From positions 682,001-746,000 of the forward strand of contig AP026151.1 of assembly GCA_030295235.1 (NCBI GenBank): a stretch of 64,000 nucleotides of DNA, given 5' to 3'. A program made the position numbers and the translations under genes. Origin of the DNA: Fistulifera solaris (lineage: Eukaryota). The notes under the pieces were generated by a model. The model saw only the letters and a program-made list of their open reading frames with translations. It did not search any database and had not been told where the DNA came from. Position 1 is the stretch's first letter; the number at the start of each line of letters is the position of its first letter. Below are positions 1-11,300 of the stretch, piece after piece.

Positions 1-536
1 GAACGACGCACCATGGTCGGAACAATCCCATCGTACAGTGCCAAGACTCCGCGTTCCCGCACCACAACTTGCAACGCTTGCGAAGGAGTCATTTGCACCA
101 TATCTTGTCGGGCCACCGCAAAGAGTTTCATTTTCTGAAAGGGCGTAATGAAAAAGGCCTGTGACAGTCCCCCGACAAATCCCGAAGCTTTCTCGGCAGC
201 ATCGTGTGCGACACCCATTTGTTGAAAGACTTGCATCGATTCGTGTTGCACAAAGAGGACCGGAACACCCTTGGTACATTGACACAATCCCCACGGCATG
301 AATCCCCGAAAAAAGGCCCGATGCGCGTAACCACCGGCTTCTTGCATCAATTTGCGGTGCACATTCCAGTACGACGAATCCGTGACGAGTTGTTTTTTGA
401 GTTGCAAGACATCCAAATAATGTCCTCCCGTGACCATTTCACCAAAGACCATGCAAGGTCCGATGATGAGTTGTTCGAACGCGGGTCGTCGTGTGCGGGG
501 TTCGCGAATCGCGACGTGTTTGTGGAGCATGGCCAT
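1..536 (-). CDS. Mitochondrial carrier (SLC25) family protein, 3' end beyond the window
   Basis: My translation from ATG at 536 is open to the window edge: MAMLHKHVAIREPR...AFFRGFMPWG...SGFVGGLSQAFFITPFQKMK...VVRERGVLALYDGIVPTMVRR. This has a degenerate PxxxxK carrier signature and a G-x-x-x-L-Y-x-G-x-x-P motif. It is absent from the ORF track because no stop lies in the window. Confidence 0.8.
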   Translation of the reverse strand, partial: MAMLHKHVAIREPRTRRPAFEQLIIGPCMVFGEMVTGGHYLDVLQLKKQLVTDSSYWNVHRKLMQEAGGYAHRAFFRGFMPWGLCQCTKGVPVLFVQHESMQVFQQMGVAHDAAEKASGFVGGLSQAFFITPFQKMKLFAVARQDMVQMTPSQALQVVVRERGVLALYDGIVPTMVRR

Positions 537-1042
537 TTTCTAGTGAGAGTCTATTATTCTAAAATGTTTATTGTTGCTTAAAATCAATTCTATCTAATCG
601 ATTCGATGATGATTCGAAAGAACATGGCAACCTATCGAGAAATGCAGGGTTTTTGGCGGTGATATCGTTTTTCATGGTGGGGATGAAAGTGCAAAACGAA
701 GGCATGTCACTACACTTTTGTTATAGAATCCAAAGGATTCGCTGTATCAGTCGTGATGTCAGGTTGATGCAAGTGCAACGATCCGTTGACACGATGCGAT
801 CTCGAGCTAAGAGCGTGCTTAGCGAGAATCTTAGCAACCCGAAGGCGAGATTCGTGGTTCGGGTTTCTACTTTTACAATCATTACTTTGTGTCGCAGCGT
901 TGTGACGAGAGAACAGACGTGTCACAAACAAACACAGTCACCAGTGGTGAGTCACGAGTCGTGGAATACTCCGGAAAACCCGAAATGACTTTTTTCTTTC
1001 GCATCACAAAAAGCAGAAAAAGCAACAACTGTATCATCAACG

Positions 1043-1657
1043 ATGAAGTTCCTTTTCTTGACGACAAGTTGGATCATTCTATCTTGTCTTGTTCTATCAA
1101 CAACAGCATCCCGGTGGAAATGTTCCGTCGTATTGCGGCACCGACATTACGAACTCGCTTTCTGGCGTCTCCGTATTTCGCGGCAATCTTCCATCTCGAA
1201 ATGGTTCCGCTTTCGTCACTTTACTCCCTACAGTCTCACCGAACAGTGTCAAAGCGACTGGAATAAATTATGGGGCAAATCACGGTGTGGGAATCATCAT
1301 CATGACGATAGTGATCGCTTCGTCTGGAGGGCTACGACCGATGGCAACATTCAATTGGCGGCGTATGCGTACGATCAGGGCAAGAAACCCTTTCAAAACG
1401 AAGGAACTTTGTTAAAGACATTCACAACTACAATTGCACCGCAACAGAAAGTGGGATCGAAGATAGAATGGTTTCTGGATCGCACCGAGTATTCTCTTTT
1501 CGATGAAAATGGAACTCTGTTGGAGATGGTAACAATTGAACATGAGAATACTTGCGCCAACTATAATCGCGGTTACATGCTGGGTTTGTATTTCGGGGGA
1601 AACTGTCGAGCACCGGATCGGGTTACCGTGTGTTTTCAAGAAACGTCTGACTTGTAA
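1043..1657 (+). CDS. Secreted hypothetical protein (signal peptide; DWNKLWG...HHH..SDRFVWR...LAAYAYD...LGLYFGG..AP)
   Basis: Intronless 204-aa ORF with hydrophobic N-terminus MKFLFLTTSWIILSCLVLSTTAS. The beta-rich motif pattern resembles uncharacterised Bacteroidota/phage proteins (from recollection). Confidence 0.7.
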   Translation: MKFLFLTTSWIILSCLVLSTTASRWKCSVVLRHRHYELAFWRLRISRQSSISKWFRFRHFTPYSLTEQCQSDWNKLWGKSRCGNHHHDDSDRFVWRATTDGNIQLAAYAYDQGKKPFQNEGTLLKTFTTTIAPQQKVGSKIEWFLDRTEYSLFDENGTLLEMVTIEHENTCANYNRGYMLGLYFGGNCRAPDRVTVCFQETSDL

Positions 1658-2809
1658 AATAAAGCAGTTTTGTTGCACTTTTTACTTTCCACAAGTTGCT
1701 GTCCCCTTTGCAACTGCAACTGCGTTAGCTCTTGGGGAACATAATGACACTTTCCCGTCCGTGTACTGCATACTTGCAAAAGAGTGGGAAATTTTGCAAA
1801 GCGGTTGTAAAAAATACTAAATCCTTCCGCTGTATACGTTTCGTTGCCGATTTTGATCACATCCCCTTCCTTGGCCAAACGCCGTGTGACCTGTTTGGCG
1901 CGTTTCGCACGTTGGACCCATCGTTCTGCCATGGTACGTCGTTTTTTGACAAATGTTTGACCAATGGTGCTTTCCATGTCCGCCGGCAGGCGCTGTCCGG
2001 GTTGCGGATGCAGTGTAATGGTATCTTCGCGAACGTATCGACGATCTTTGTTGCCGTAAAAGTGGTGTTTGACTTCGACTAGATCCGAAAAATGGCGAAA
2101 CCGATTGTAGAAGGAAGTAAATCCGGTGACAATGTACAGTTCGTCACTGCCGGCGGGTTGCAAGACATCATCGAGGCCCACGGGTCGTTTTTCATCCAAG
2201 ACTTTCGATTCCTGCGCTTCTTTGACAAACACTCGACTCCAAAGTTTGTTCGGGGCACACAGAGATGCTTCAATGTTTGATGCGGATGGTCGCATACAAG
2301 TGGGGAGCTTCGGTGCGGCTTTGTCTTCTTCGGATTCTTCTGCCTTGATTTTTCTCGTTTCTGTTTCATCCTCGGATTCTTCTTGTTTTATCGTTGTAGT
2401 TATTCTTGCCGTCCTCATTTTCTTCTTCTTTGAGTCTTTCGAAACATGAGGCTCATCCTCTTCTTTTTCTTGCTTGATTTTTCTCGCAGCGACTTTTGGA
2501 GATGGTTTCTTCGGTACAGTTTGTTTAGAACTTTCGTGTCGAGGACGACGTCGTCCCAAATCGGTTTGAATCCGATCGGCTTCGATATATTCTTGATAGT
2601 TATGACTTTGCCATTGCACGCAATGATAGACGACACCTTTACGGTTTTCGGCGGCTCCGACGTAACACGAAACGCCGGATGATCGATTTTACCGAATTTC
2701 ACGTAAACGAGTTCGCCTGCGTAAAAACGAAAGAACTGAGATTTTCGTGTATCTTCGCTTGTGAAAATATCAAAGAGAGCAACTCACCTAGCGTAATTTT
2801 TTCAGACAT
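1636..2809 (-). CDS. Hypothetical nuclear protein: N-terminal Tudor/PWWP-like module, basic linker, two tandem ~60-aa C-terminal repeats
   Basis: ATG at 2809 (MSEKITL), GT-AG intron 2787-2717, then GELVYVKFGKIDHPAFRV; one frameshift near 2650-2665 leads into ...VVYHCVQWQSHNYQEYIEADRI and the 327-aa ORF. Repeats: LYIVTGFTSFYNRFRHFSDLVEV..RRYV..QPGQRL and TYTAEGFSIFYNRFAKFPTLLQV..CHYV..QRGQQL. Confidence 0.65.
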
Positions 2810-3150
2810 GTTGCTTTATCTAACAAAACAATCGACTTCTCTGGGCCTAAATGTTCTCTCTCTTTTGTCTGCTGGTTTGTTTATTGTATTGTTGTTGCGA
2901 AAAAATGTGTTGGGTGTTTGGGCGTTTTGCTGCAAAATTAAGGCGCGCAAAAAAAAATATCCAATCGTAGAACGCGATGCGACGTCCAAGTCTACATTGT
3001 TTGTTATCGAAAAAATAAGGATTGTAGAGCCGCTAATGATGAATCCGAAACGTAAATATCTAATCGTACCTATAATCCGATCTATCCTCCATTCGCTCTC
3101 TTGCCTTGCTAAGTTATAGTCATCTTTAATTAACACGAGGCACGATCTTC

Positions 3151-3680
3151 GATGTCGAACATCTTTGCGGATCGTTATCTTGTTTATTTATTGTGGACGC
3201 CTTTTCGCCGGAGTTGCGTTTCAGTCATGAATGAATCGTCGTGATTTTCTCGAGCCACACTGCTACGTTTTCTTCTAGCTTAGTAAGCGCAATTGTTACT
3301 ACGGAGTATGCATTTACTATAAGCAACAATTACAAAGCAGCTGTAGATTATTGATGTCGAATCATTGCGGATCGCTGTCTTCCGTTTTACTATAGGACAT
3401 AGTGTAGAAAACCTTTTCCCACGCACAGTTCAGTCATGAGTCGTGACTCTTTGGAGCCAGACCGCTAGCTAACAGTCGTTCGTTCGGCAAGGTTTTAAAA
3501 GTTACACTTCATCGTTATCATGTTACACTTACCATTAGCAACGATTGCAATGCAACTGTCGATTCGTCATGTTTTAAATGGTTGCGGATCGTTGTCTTCT
3601 GTAATATACTATGACCCCACAAAGTAGGGGAATTTCGCCACGACTGCAGCTCAGTCATGAACTCGAACGCTCGGCGATCC
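3151..3680. repeat. Three degenerate ~200-bp tandem non-coding units in a divergent intergenic region
   Basis: TTGCGGATCGYTRTCTT at 3165, 3365 and 3582; TCAGTCATGA at 3221, 3430 and 3651. Copies 1 and 2 also share upstream GATGTCGAA and downstream TCGTGA...GAGCCA. Confidence 0.85.
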
Positions 3681-3817
3681 TTCGCCGAGTGCGAAGCGAC
3701 AAAAGCAACAATAAAAAAAATGAACACAACGATAAAAACAAACATCCACCCTTCTTTATTCTTTCTCTAATTAATGAATATAACAACAAGTATCATCAAC
3801 ATCCGCTGCTGCTAAGG

Positions 3818-5166
3818 ATGATTCAAGCACACCCCGTTTCCTTTGGTAATCCGGCGCTCGGTGTTTATCACGGAACCGTTTATACGTCGGAAAGTCCCGA
3901 CGAATCACACGAAACAATCAACATGGTCGCTATGATTCATGTGCCACCGGAACAAGTCCCTGAAGGAGTCTTGAATGTCACACGTGCGCATCGTCCGTGG
4001 ATGCGGCGCGTCCGCATTGTCACTTCGCAAGACGACGATGAACGAACGTATCTCGTATTGTTGGAACTATCGTCACAGGAAGCCGTACAAAGCATGGTGC
4101 AAGAATTGCATCACACGCCGTATACGTGTCTCGATGAATCGCAAGTCTGTCGCGTTTATCCCGTCGTCAGTGTACAAGGACACGAAGGTGTCTCACTCGT
4201 GTCACCCTTTTTCGCACCGGGACGTTCGGATGACTATCATTGTGCCGTCTGTTTAGAACACATGGACGAAACCACCGACATTTTTACGACCGTCTGCAAT
4301 CATTCCTTTCATATCGATTGTTTGATTCAATGGCAAGATTCTCCCTGTCCGGTGTGTCGATACGATCATGCCGGACTTAAGGAAGCCCTTTCGCAGTGCC
4401 ACCAATGTGGAACCACCGATCACAATTATGTCTGTCTCATTTGTGGCATAGTGGCGTGTGGAGGCATTCCTTCAAACGATACATCAGCATCCGCGTGTCA
4501 TCTTCCTACACAAGAACCGACGCCTCGTGCAACATCCCACGCGCAACAGCACTACGACGAAACACTCCATGCGTACGCCCTCGATACCATCACACAACAC
4601 GTGTGGGATTTTGCCGGTCAAGGATACGTCCATCGCTTATTACAAAACAAAGAAGACGGAAAATTGGTCGAAATCAGTGATCCCAACAATACTTCTTCGC
4701 AAGAACGATCGAGTCATCCGACTGCCTTGAGCGATGCGCAAGAAGGAGAAATGGTGCATCGGAAATTGGAAGGATACGCCAGTCAGTATTATACCTTGCT
4801 AAAATCGCAACTCGAACAACAACGCATCTTTTATCAAGGTCGGTTGGAAGAATTGCGACACGAGTTTCGTCCCCGCCGCAGGCGCACGATGTGATACTGG
4901 CGTTGAAACAGGAACGACAACAGCTCGCACAGCGACTGCAGAGTGTGCAGGCCCGGTACCAGAAAGTGCACGACACTGTTCAATTTTTACGAAATATGAA
5001 CGAAAGTCTGGAAGCCAATCAAAAGGCGTTGCAACACGAAATGCAACAGGCACGACGGGAGCAAATGGAAGTGCGTCAAAAGTTGGAATCTGTCTTGCCG
5101 CCGTTGCAAGAACAGGTGACGCGTTTGATGCTGCAACTGGAAAGGGAATGTGGTTCAGCTTCGTAG
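3818..5166 (+). CDS. BRAP: BRCA1-associated protein BRAP2/ETP1 homolog (BRAP2 domain, RING, ZnF-UBP, coiled coil)
   Basis: RING: CAVCLEHM...VCNHSFHIDCLIQWQDSPCPVCRY. ZnF-UBP: CHQCG..YVCLICG...HAQQHYDETLHAYALD..TQHVWDFAGQGYVHRL. Also LLKSQLEQQRIFY. Likely ATG at 3818; a 1-nt frameshift near 4865-4870 joins ORF 4891-5166. Confidence 0.92.
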
Positions 5167-5373
5167 TAGACCCAGGGAGACACGGGAACGCACCTCTGCT
5201 TGGTACATTTTTCTACGGGGGCCTACGTGAGTGTACACTTTTTCCCGAACCTTCCAGGCATCGCGACGGTAGGTTTGTGATCTTTACTGTCAGGAACACA
5301 TAAGAGACGCACTATGAAGGTTCAGATCTTTATAACTTATGCTTTAAATAGTTTGTTCATTAGTCTCTTTCTT

Positions 5374-8300
5374 TCATACGTAAGCGTGACGTGTCCCATT
5401 GTCGCTGTTTTCCTCAAAAGGCTTATTCAACTGAGCATCACTGTTCTCGAGGTCTCCCGCGAATCGAAAAGCTAGCATTGGAGAAGGATCTCTGCCTTCA
5501 TTGGCTTTCACCCAACCTATCTTGGGAGGTACGTGTACGCAGTCTTCCTGCACGGGTGCCGTGTAGAAGTCGATATCAGAGCTCGTGCCCGGATTTCCTC
5601 CGTATGGAACAATAGATATGTACCAATGCCGAGTGTTGTTACTCACTGGGCACTGGAAAATGTAAAACTTGTAGTCTGTGTCCTTCCATCGCCCATGTTT
5701 TGTGTACCTGCATGCATTGGAAAAGAATCCGTCTTGAGAGTAAACACCGTCCACTGCTGGGTTGCCAGCGCCTTGTACAAAAAACTTGGAAGGGGCCATC
5801 GTTCGCAACGGGGGCGCAGTTACCGTCTGCAGTATCATAATGAGAGTCCTCGTCGTCTTCAGAATCATTCATACCAGCCACGTCGGAGTCCGAGTGTATG
5901 TTGTGATCAAGTGGAGCCGCATGGCCAACCTCCCTCTGCGCATAATCAGACCGATCCTGTTGATGCATTCTCGACCGCGGGTCAAGCAAATCGCGTTCTA
6001 TGAAAGCCCAAAGAGGTCGATTTTCACTCATCCAATGATAGACGGGAAGAAGCTTGTACATACTTCGAAGGATCTCCATATATCTTGCAAGATGAAGGTA
6101 CACTTCGTTGTTGTAATGAGCTGAACGAGTCATCGACTCGAGTGCTTTTGTAACTTCCAATAGACCACAGCCAAAGTTTACAGACCTCGCTGGCTTAGAA
6201 GCACTTCGCATAATTTTGGCAATGTTGATTTGTTGATGTTCACCGGGAGTGCTCGCGATTGTCTGTAAAACGGAAATAGCCGGTCCAATTCTCTCATTTC
6301 CGGACCAGTCGGTTGGCGTCTGATAAATTATTTGCAGGGTGCGGACAATAAGAGGTTCGGCATCTTTCCTATACACAGACAACGCAGCGAGGTATTGCAT
6401 TAGCGGTTCGGAAACAGTATAGGCCATTGTGAAAATGGATGGTGTCATCAGAAGAACGGCGCTGGCCAGGTTTCCAACGTCAAAATGATTCTCCCTGTAG
6501 AGACCGGAGACGTCTAGAGCAACACTTTCAAATGATTCTCGTAAGCTCTCCCTGCCGCCGTGTGAAATGACTCTAGATTCTTTCGAACGCCTGGAAAGAT
6601 CAGGGCGGAATCCGAAAATGTGCAGGTCATTCCGTAGACGTGCGTCGTTACTCTGCACGCAATCACGGTAGTACGCAAGAAAACCCTCCAAGTTCAATAC
6701 CAGCTCTCCTTTTGTTCCTGTGCCCTCGCCTGCGGGCTGGTATTTGAGCATGATATCATTTGATTTTTGCTGCGCAACAGCTCTTTGGTTGGGTTCAACT
6801 ATACACAGGTAGTCTTCAAGCTCTCTTTTTCCCATACCAGGACTTCCCGCTTCACAGAACTCTTCGAAAATGGTTTGAAGCGCCTTGCTGGCTTTTTTCG
6901 GATATATGCGGGCGCAAACGGCTGCGACCAAATTCGTCAGAATTGTGAAGTAACGGTACATGGTCAGCACTCGACATTCCACCAACGCAGATAAGAGCTT
7001 CTAGAATTGACATATAGTCACTATGAAGGGGGCCTCTTTGAGAATTGAGGTCGTTAGAGTTCATCATCGCGTTATTCGTCATAGGAATTGCGTGCATAGA
7101 GGAGCTTGATTCGGCTTTGGCCTGGATATTTGCTACTTCCTGCGACATCGTCGCCCCAGGAAATGCCAACCTAACGGAGTTCGGGGACCTTTCTCGGCCT
7201 AAAAGCGCTGCAAGTCGTGCACTAAGCAGAGCGTTCACCATCGGTCGCTGAAAAACAGGTTTTCCTTCAAACGACAACTTGGCTAAATTCTTGATGTATA
7301 CGCAGGCTTCAGTCGCAAAGCGCCAACTTCTTGGAATCGATTCGAGTAAAACATTCACGTGAGAAAGGATAATACCGATGCTAGACGCCGTTCCATTAAC
7401 CATTTGGTCGACATCTTCATGCAAGCTCCACCTTCCTTCCAAGCGGGTTGGCATAGGTGATGAAACTGTGTTCCCTGAAGTCCGTTCTATCTCGGCGACT
7501 TGTTCTTTCCACGCCCTCGACCAATTTTGAAATGGCAAAAACTCTTCAAAGACTGCAGAAATAGTTGCCACGCTAAAAATACGGGCTGCCGCTAGTCGAA
7601 TGTTCTTCTGCGGACACTCTAATAGAAAAGTGCGCAACCAGTTTTCGCCAACGGTAAGCGTTTTCCTCGCTAGATTCCGCACAAAAGACACAGCACTTTC
7701 CCTGTCTGACGAGAGCAATTCCTCCAGTTTGCTGACCCAATCGTTCAGCGTTCCTAGCTCGGACGAGTAAAACAGCACATCGAAACCGTATGAAATCAGC
7801 ATCGATATGGCCGGTGTGGTCCATGTTTGCCTTTTTGGGTCGATTCCGCGACTGGGGCTGGTGTTAGGGATTCGGCACCGCCCAAGAAGACTTAGTAAGA
7901 AGGTTTGAAATTCGCCATCGAAAAGAAAAAGATTGCCAGCGGTGCGCCGCGGTCGATGTTTTAACGTCGGGCACATACACATCATATCCAGTAGAAACGT
8001 CATATTTCGGCGTAGATGTATCATCTCTTTTCTCCTTCTCAGGAACCTCTGTGGGCTTGACTTTCTCATAGAAAAGCATCAGCGCATTGGCGAATTGCTC
8101 TTGTTCAACGGTGTGTAGCTGACCGTTTGGCCATTTAGTTTCTTTCCTTACCCTACCTCCAAAACATTCACTTTCAATCATTGCTGGATCAAAAGGTGTC
8201 ACATCTTCATCATCGAAACGGTACCATTTATCTGCATTTGTGCCTGGACCACGTTCCTTGATAAAGCTATAGTAATGCCCTCCTTGGGCTACTCCTGCGT

Positions 8301-11300
8301 GCACAAGTACTCCGACGAGACGGTACTCGTAGTCTTCATCTGGAAGAACATGAAGAGCTTCCTTTCCGGTTTCGCCTGTATCCATCGGTGAATTGCCCGC
8401 ACTAGCGTCTTGCTCCGATGACTCTAAACCTTCCAGCGTGTACGGCTTCAGATTCAAGGTTTCACCAAATGCACAACGGCTATTCAACTTCACCGTTTCA
8501 AATGTAGTGAAGTCAAGATCGAAGCGCTTCAGCGAAAGAATCAGCATATTTGGAAGGGTCGAAATAGCAGTCCGAAGAATTGTGTCCGTGTTCTTCTTGC
8601 AGTTGTCACAGAATACTTTATTGCTTCCTTCCATAATTTCAACTTCAGTCATTGCGCCGAGGGCTTCATGAATGTCGCTTTTCCCACGAATCTGACAATC
8701 AATGTTTAGTAGCTTCTCTTCTCTGTTTGTTTTCAACCCGCACTCCTTGCATATTTTTTTGCTTTGTCTGTTTGATACCGAGAGCGTGATCCATATAATC
8801 AAACTGCTCAGGTGCCCACTTCTTGAGGGTGATTTCTAAGCGATCCAGAATTTGGTAGCAAACTCCGAAGCGTCGTTTTGTTGCCATACATCGAATTCCA
8901 ACTTCAAGCATGCACAGGCTTCAACAAGTGCCCGTGGATCAAAGCATCGGCCCTTTGGTCCCTCCTTTAAATGAATAAATGTTCGCTGTACTTCTTCAAA
9001 AAGATGACGCGACATTGCTTCATCTACAGATTCCTTTAACTCGTCATTGGGAGAATTTTCCGCAAGCATAAGATTAGCATCTGCTTGAGATGACCCTCCT
9101 ACCAGCTCGAAAATGCCGGTTTCTTTTCCGGGCCTTCCGTTGATCAAAACGAATTCGTCGGGAAGGGAGGGTGGTATAGGCGATGATTCTTCGTGCTGAG
9201 CTTGATGAGTGGTTCTGGGCGTTGCAATTTGAATAGGCAAATATTGGATGATGTGTGCACCCGTTGATTGATTGAACGATTCAACTACAGCGTCGTAGGA
9301 AACGCCGGAGTCCCACTGCAGCGAAATCTTTTTTCCCACTAGTTCTTCGCCTCCCGGAGTCGCCGGTGTTGAAGACGAGCGCAATGCAGTCGGAAGGGGC
9401 GCAGCACACATTGAGTCGAGGATATCTGGCATCATGAACAGCTGCTGAAGGACTGAATTCATGTAACAGGTACAGCCTTGGTTCCGAAGACCAGAGTATT
9501 TGGAAGAGCTCCTATTCCTGCCGCGATTCTCGCCTCCGCTTCCAAACTGTCCCCAGCGATGTCGAAGGCTAGGCGCCGTGCACGATATCAGTTGCTCTAT
9601 CTTGGAAACCAGTATGTCATAACCTATGTCGGATTCGCATAATCTCGCAGCTGTGGCAACAACTTCAAAACCTCGTCGACGGGATTCTCTATCGCAGCAT
9701 ATGGAAACACCGGTCGATGCATTAGGGGCTAGAAAGCCATCGAAAATTGCACCCATAAGGTCAACCAGAGCAGCGTCGTCTGCTGGTGACCGAGAGCTAA
9801 ACGAATTCGCAACTATCGCTAGCATCCCTCGAGCAGGAGGTCGCAACGTCGACCATCGTTCCTCAGTGTTAACATCGCCGGAGAAGAACACGGACGTCGA
9901 TTCCTTGAAAATTGCACCGCCTCCCTTCTCGATTAATGCTCTCAGCAGTTTCAAACAACCACAAAGGACCCCCGTCGACTGTTCGCTGGCATCTGTTTCG
10001 TTAGCTGGTCTAGGGCATGCTGCCAGTTTCTGACACAAAGTGGTCGCAAGACTTCGCAAGTCATCTTCAGCAACCATGCGCGAACTCGTACCGTACGAAT
10101 TGCCATCGACAAGTTTTTCTAAGACGTCAAAGAACTCCGTTGCGCAGTCCAGGGATGAATCAATGTTTTTGACAGCGTTCATGAGCCACGGAAGAGCCGA
10201 GTTTACCAAAAGTGGAACTTGTATGATCAAGTCGTGTGCGGCTTTGCGAACTTGCATAGCAGCACTAATTGAAGAGCTGGTCTTGACTGCATCAGATCCA
10301 CCGTCCCAAAGCAGTAGTGTAACTAGAAATTTTTCGGCACTGGCCAAAGCGATAAAGCATTCGGCAGCCTTGGGTGACTGGAATAAAAGAGAGAAAAAAT
10401 CTCAACACGTCTGAAATGGTGGAAGACGATATTCCATCATCATCAACAACCATGGAAGTCAAACTAGTCAATAAACCATTCACATCGGACAAAGATTGTA
10501 GCAGTTTGATGCCAACCTCATCAGCCATGGTTACGTTAGCGTCTCCCTCATCACCGAACAAACACGATTTGAGGACTCGAAGAGCTACCGCGTTACCACG
10601 TCGAACTTTATCTTGTCTTGTGCTTCCACCGTATGAAGCCGAAAAGAATTGAACAACTGCTGAAAAACCTCCCCCGTCAATGAAAGCGCGACGAAAAGCA
10701 CCAGAGTTTTCTATGTACTTAACACCGTGCGCCGTTCGTTGATCGTGGGGTAAAAGTGATAAAGCCTCGGGGGCTGGTTGCAAAAAAGAATCAATTGTCA
10801 TAAGGGTGTAAACAGATGAGTCAAACGTGCGAACATCAATGAGCTGAGACCAAGCATCTCCTGAAGAATCAACTTCCATCGGATCCGACACACTGTCACC
10901 TCCAGAGACGTTATGAATTGACATAACCTTGTTTGCTACGACACTATCTGTAGGCATGGCAAGTAACAAGTCCCAAACAAGCTTTTGAGTCAAAGGCGAA
11001 ACAGCGGTCTGACTAGCACCGCGCTCATCAGAAGGAGGTGCGGCTAACAGTGATAAAAGCCTCCCGTGAAGCTTTTCCGCAAAGCAACTATCATCAAAGA
11101 AAACGGAGCTTAAATTGCTCGGAAAAGCTCCTCGACTGGCTTGTGCAGGGGGCACTGGCGTATCAACTGTGGAAATCCTTTCGGATACGGTAAAAACTAA
11201 CTCGCATCCGTGAACGACACCGAGTTCGTCCATAGTAATGTCATCGGCTGCAATATTCACACTCACGGGTACTGGGTCGGCCGGTTGATACCGGAGTCCG

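Noticed and set aside
1636..1657. Convergent 22-nt coding overlap between the first two full genes
   Set aside because: One extra A near 1686 would stop the minus gene at about 1683 and remove the overlap. Unreliable given the indel rate.
3151..3680. CRISPR-like array
   Set aside because: Only three degenerate units with a ~200-bp period, a eukaryotic context and no cas genes.
3611..3817. N-terminal extension of the BRAP2 ORF
   Set aside because: It overlaps the non-coding repeat and an A-rich leader. The ATG at 3818 is the more plausible start.
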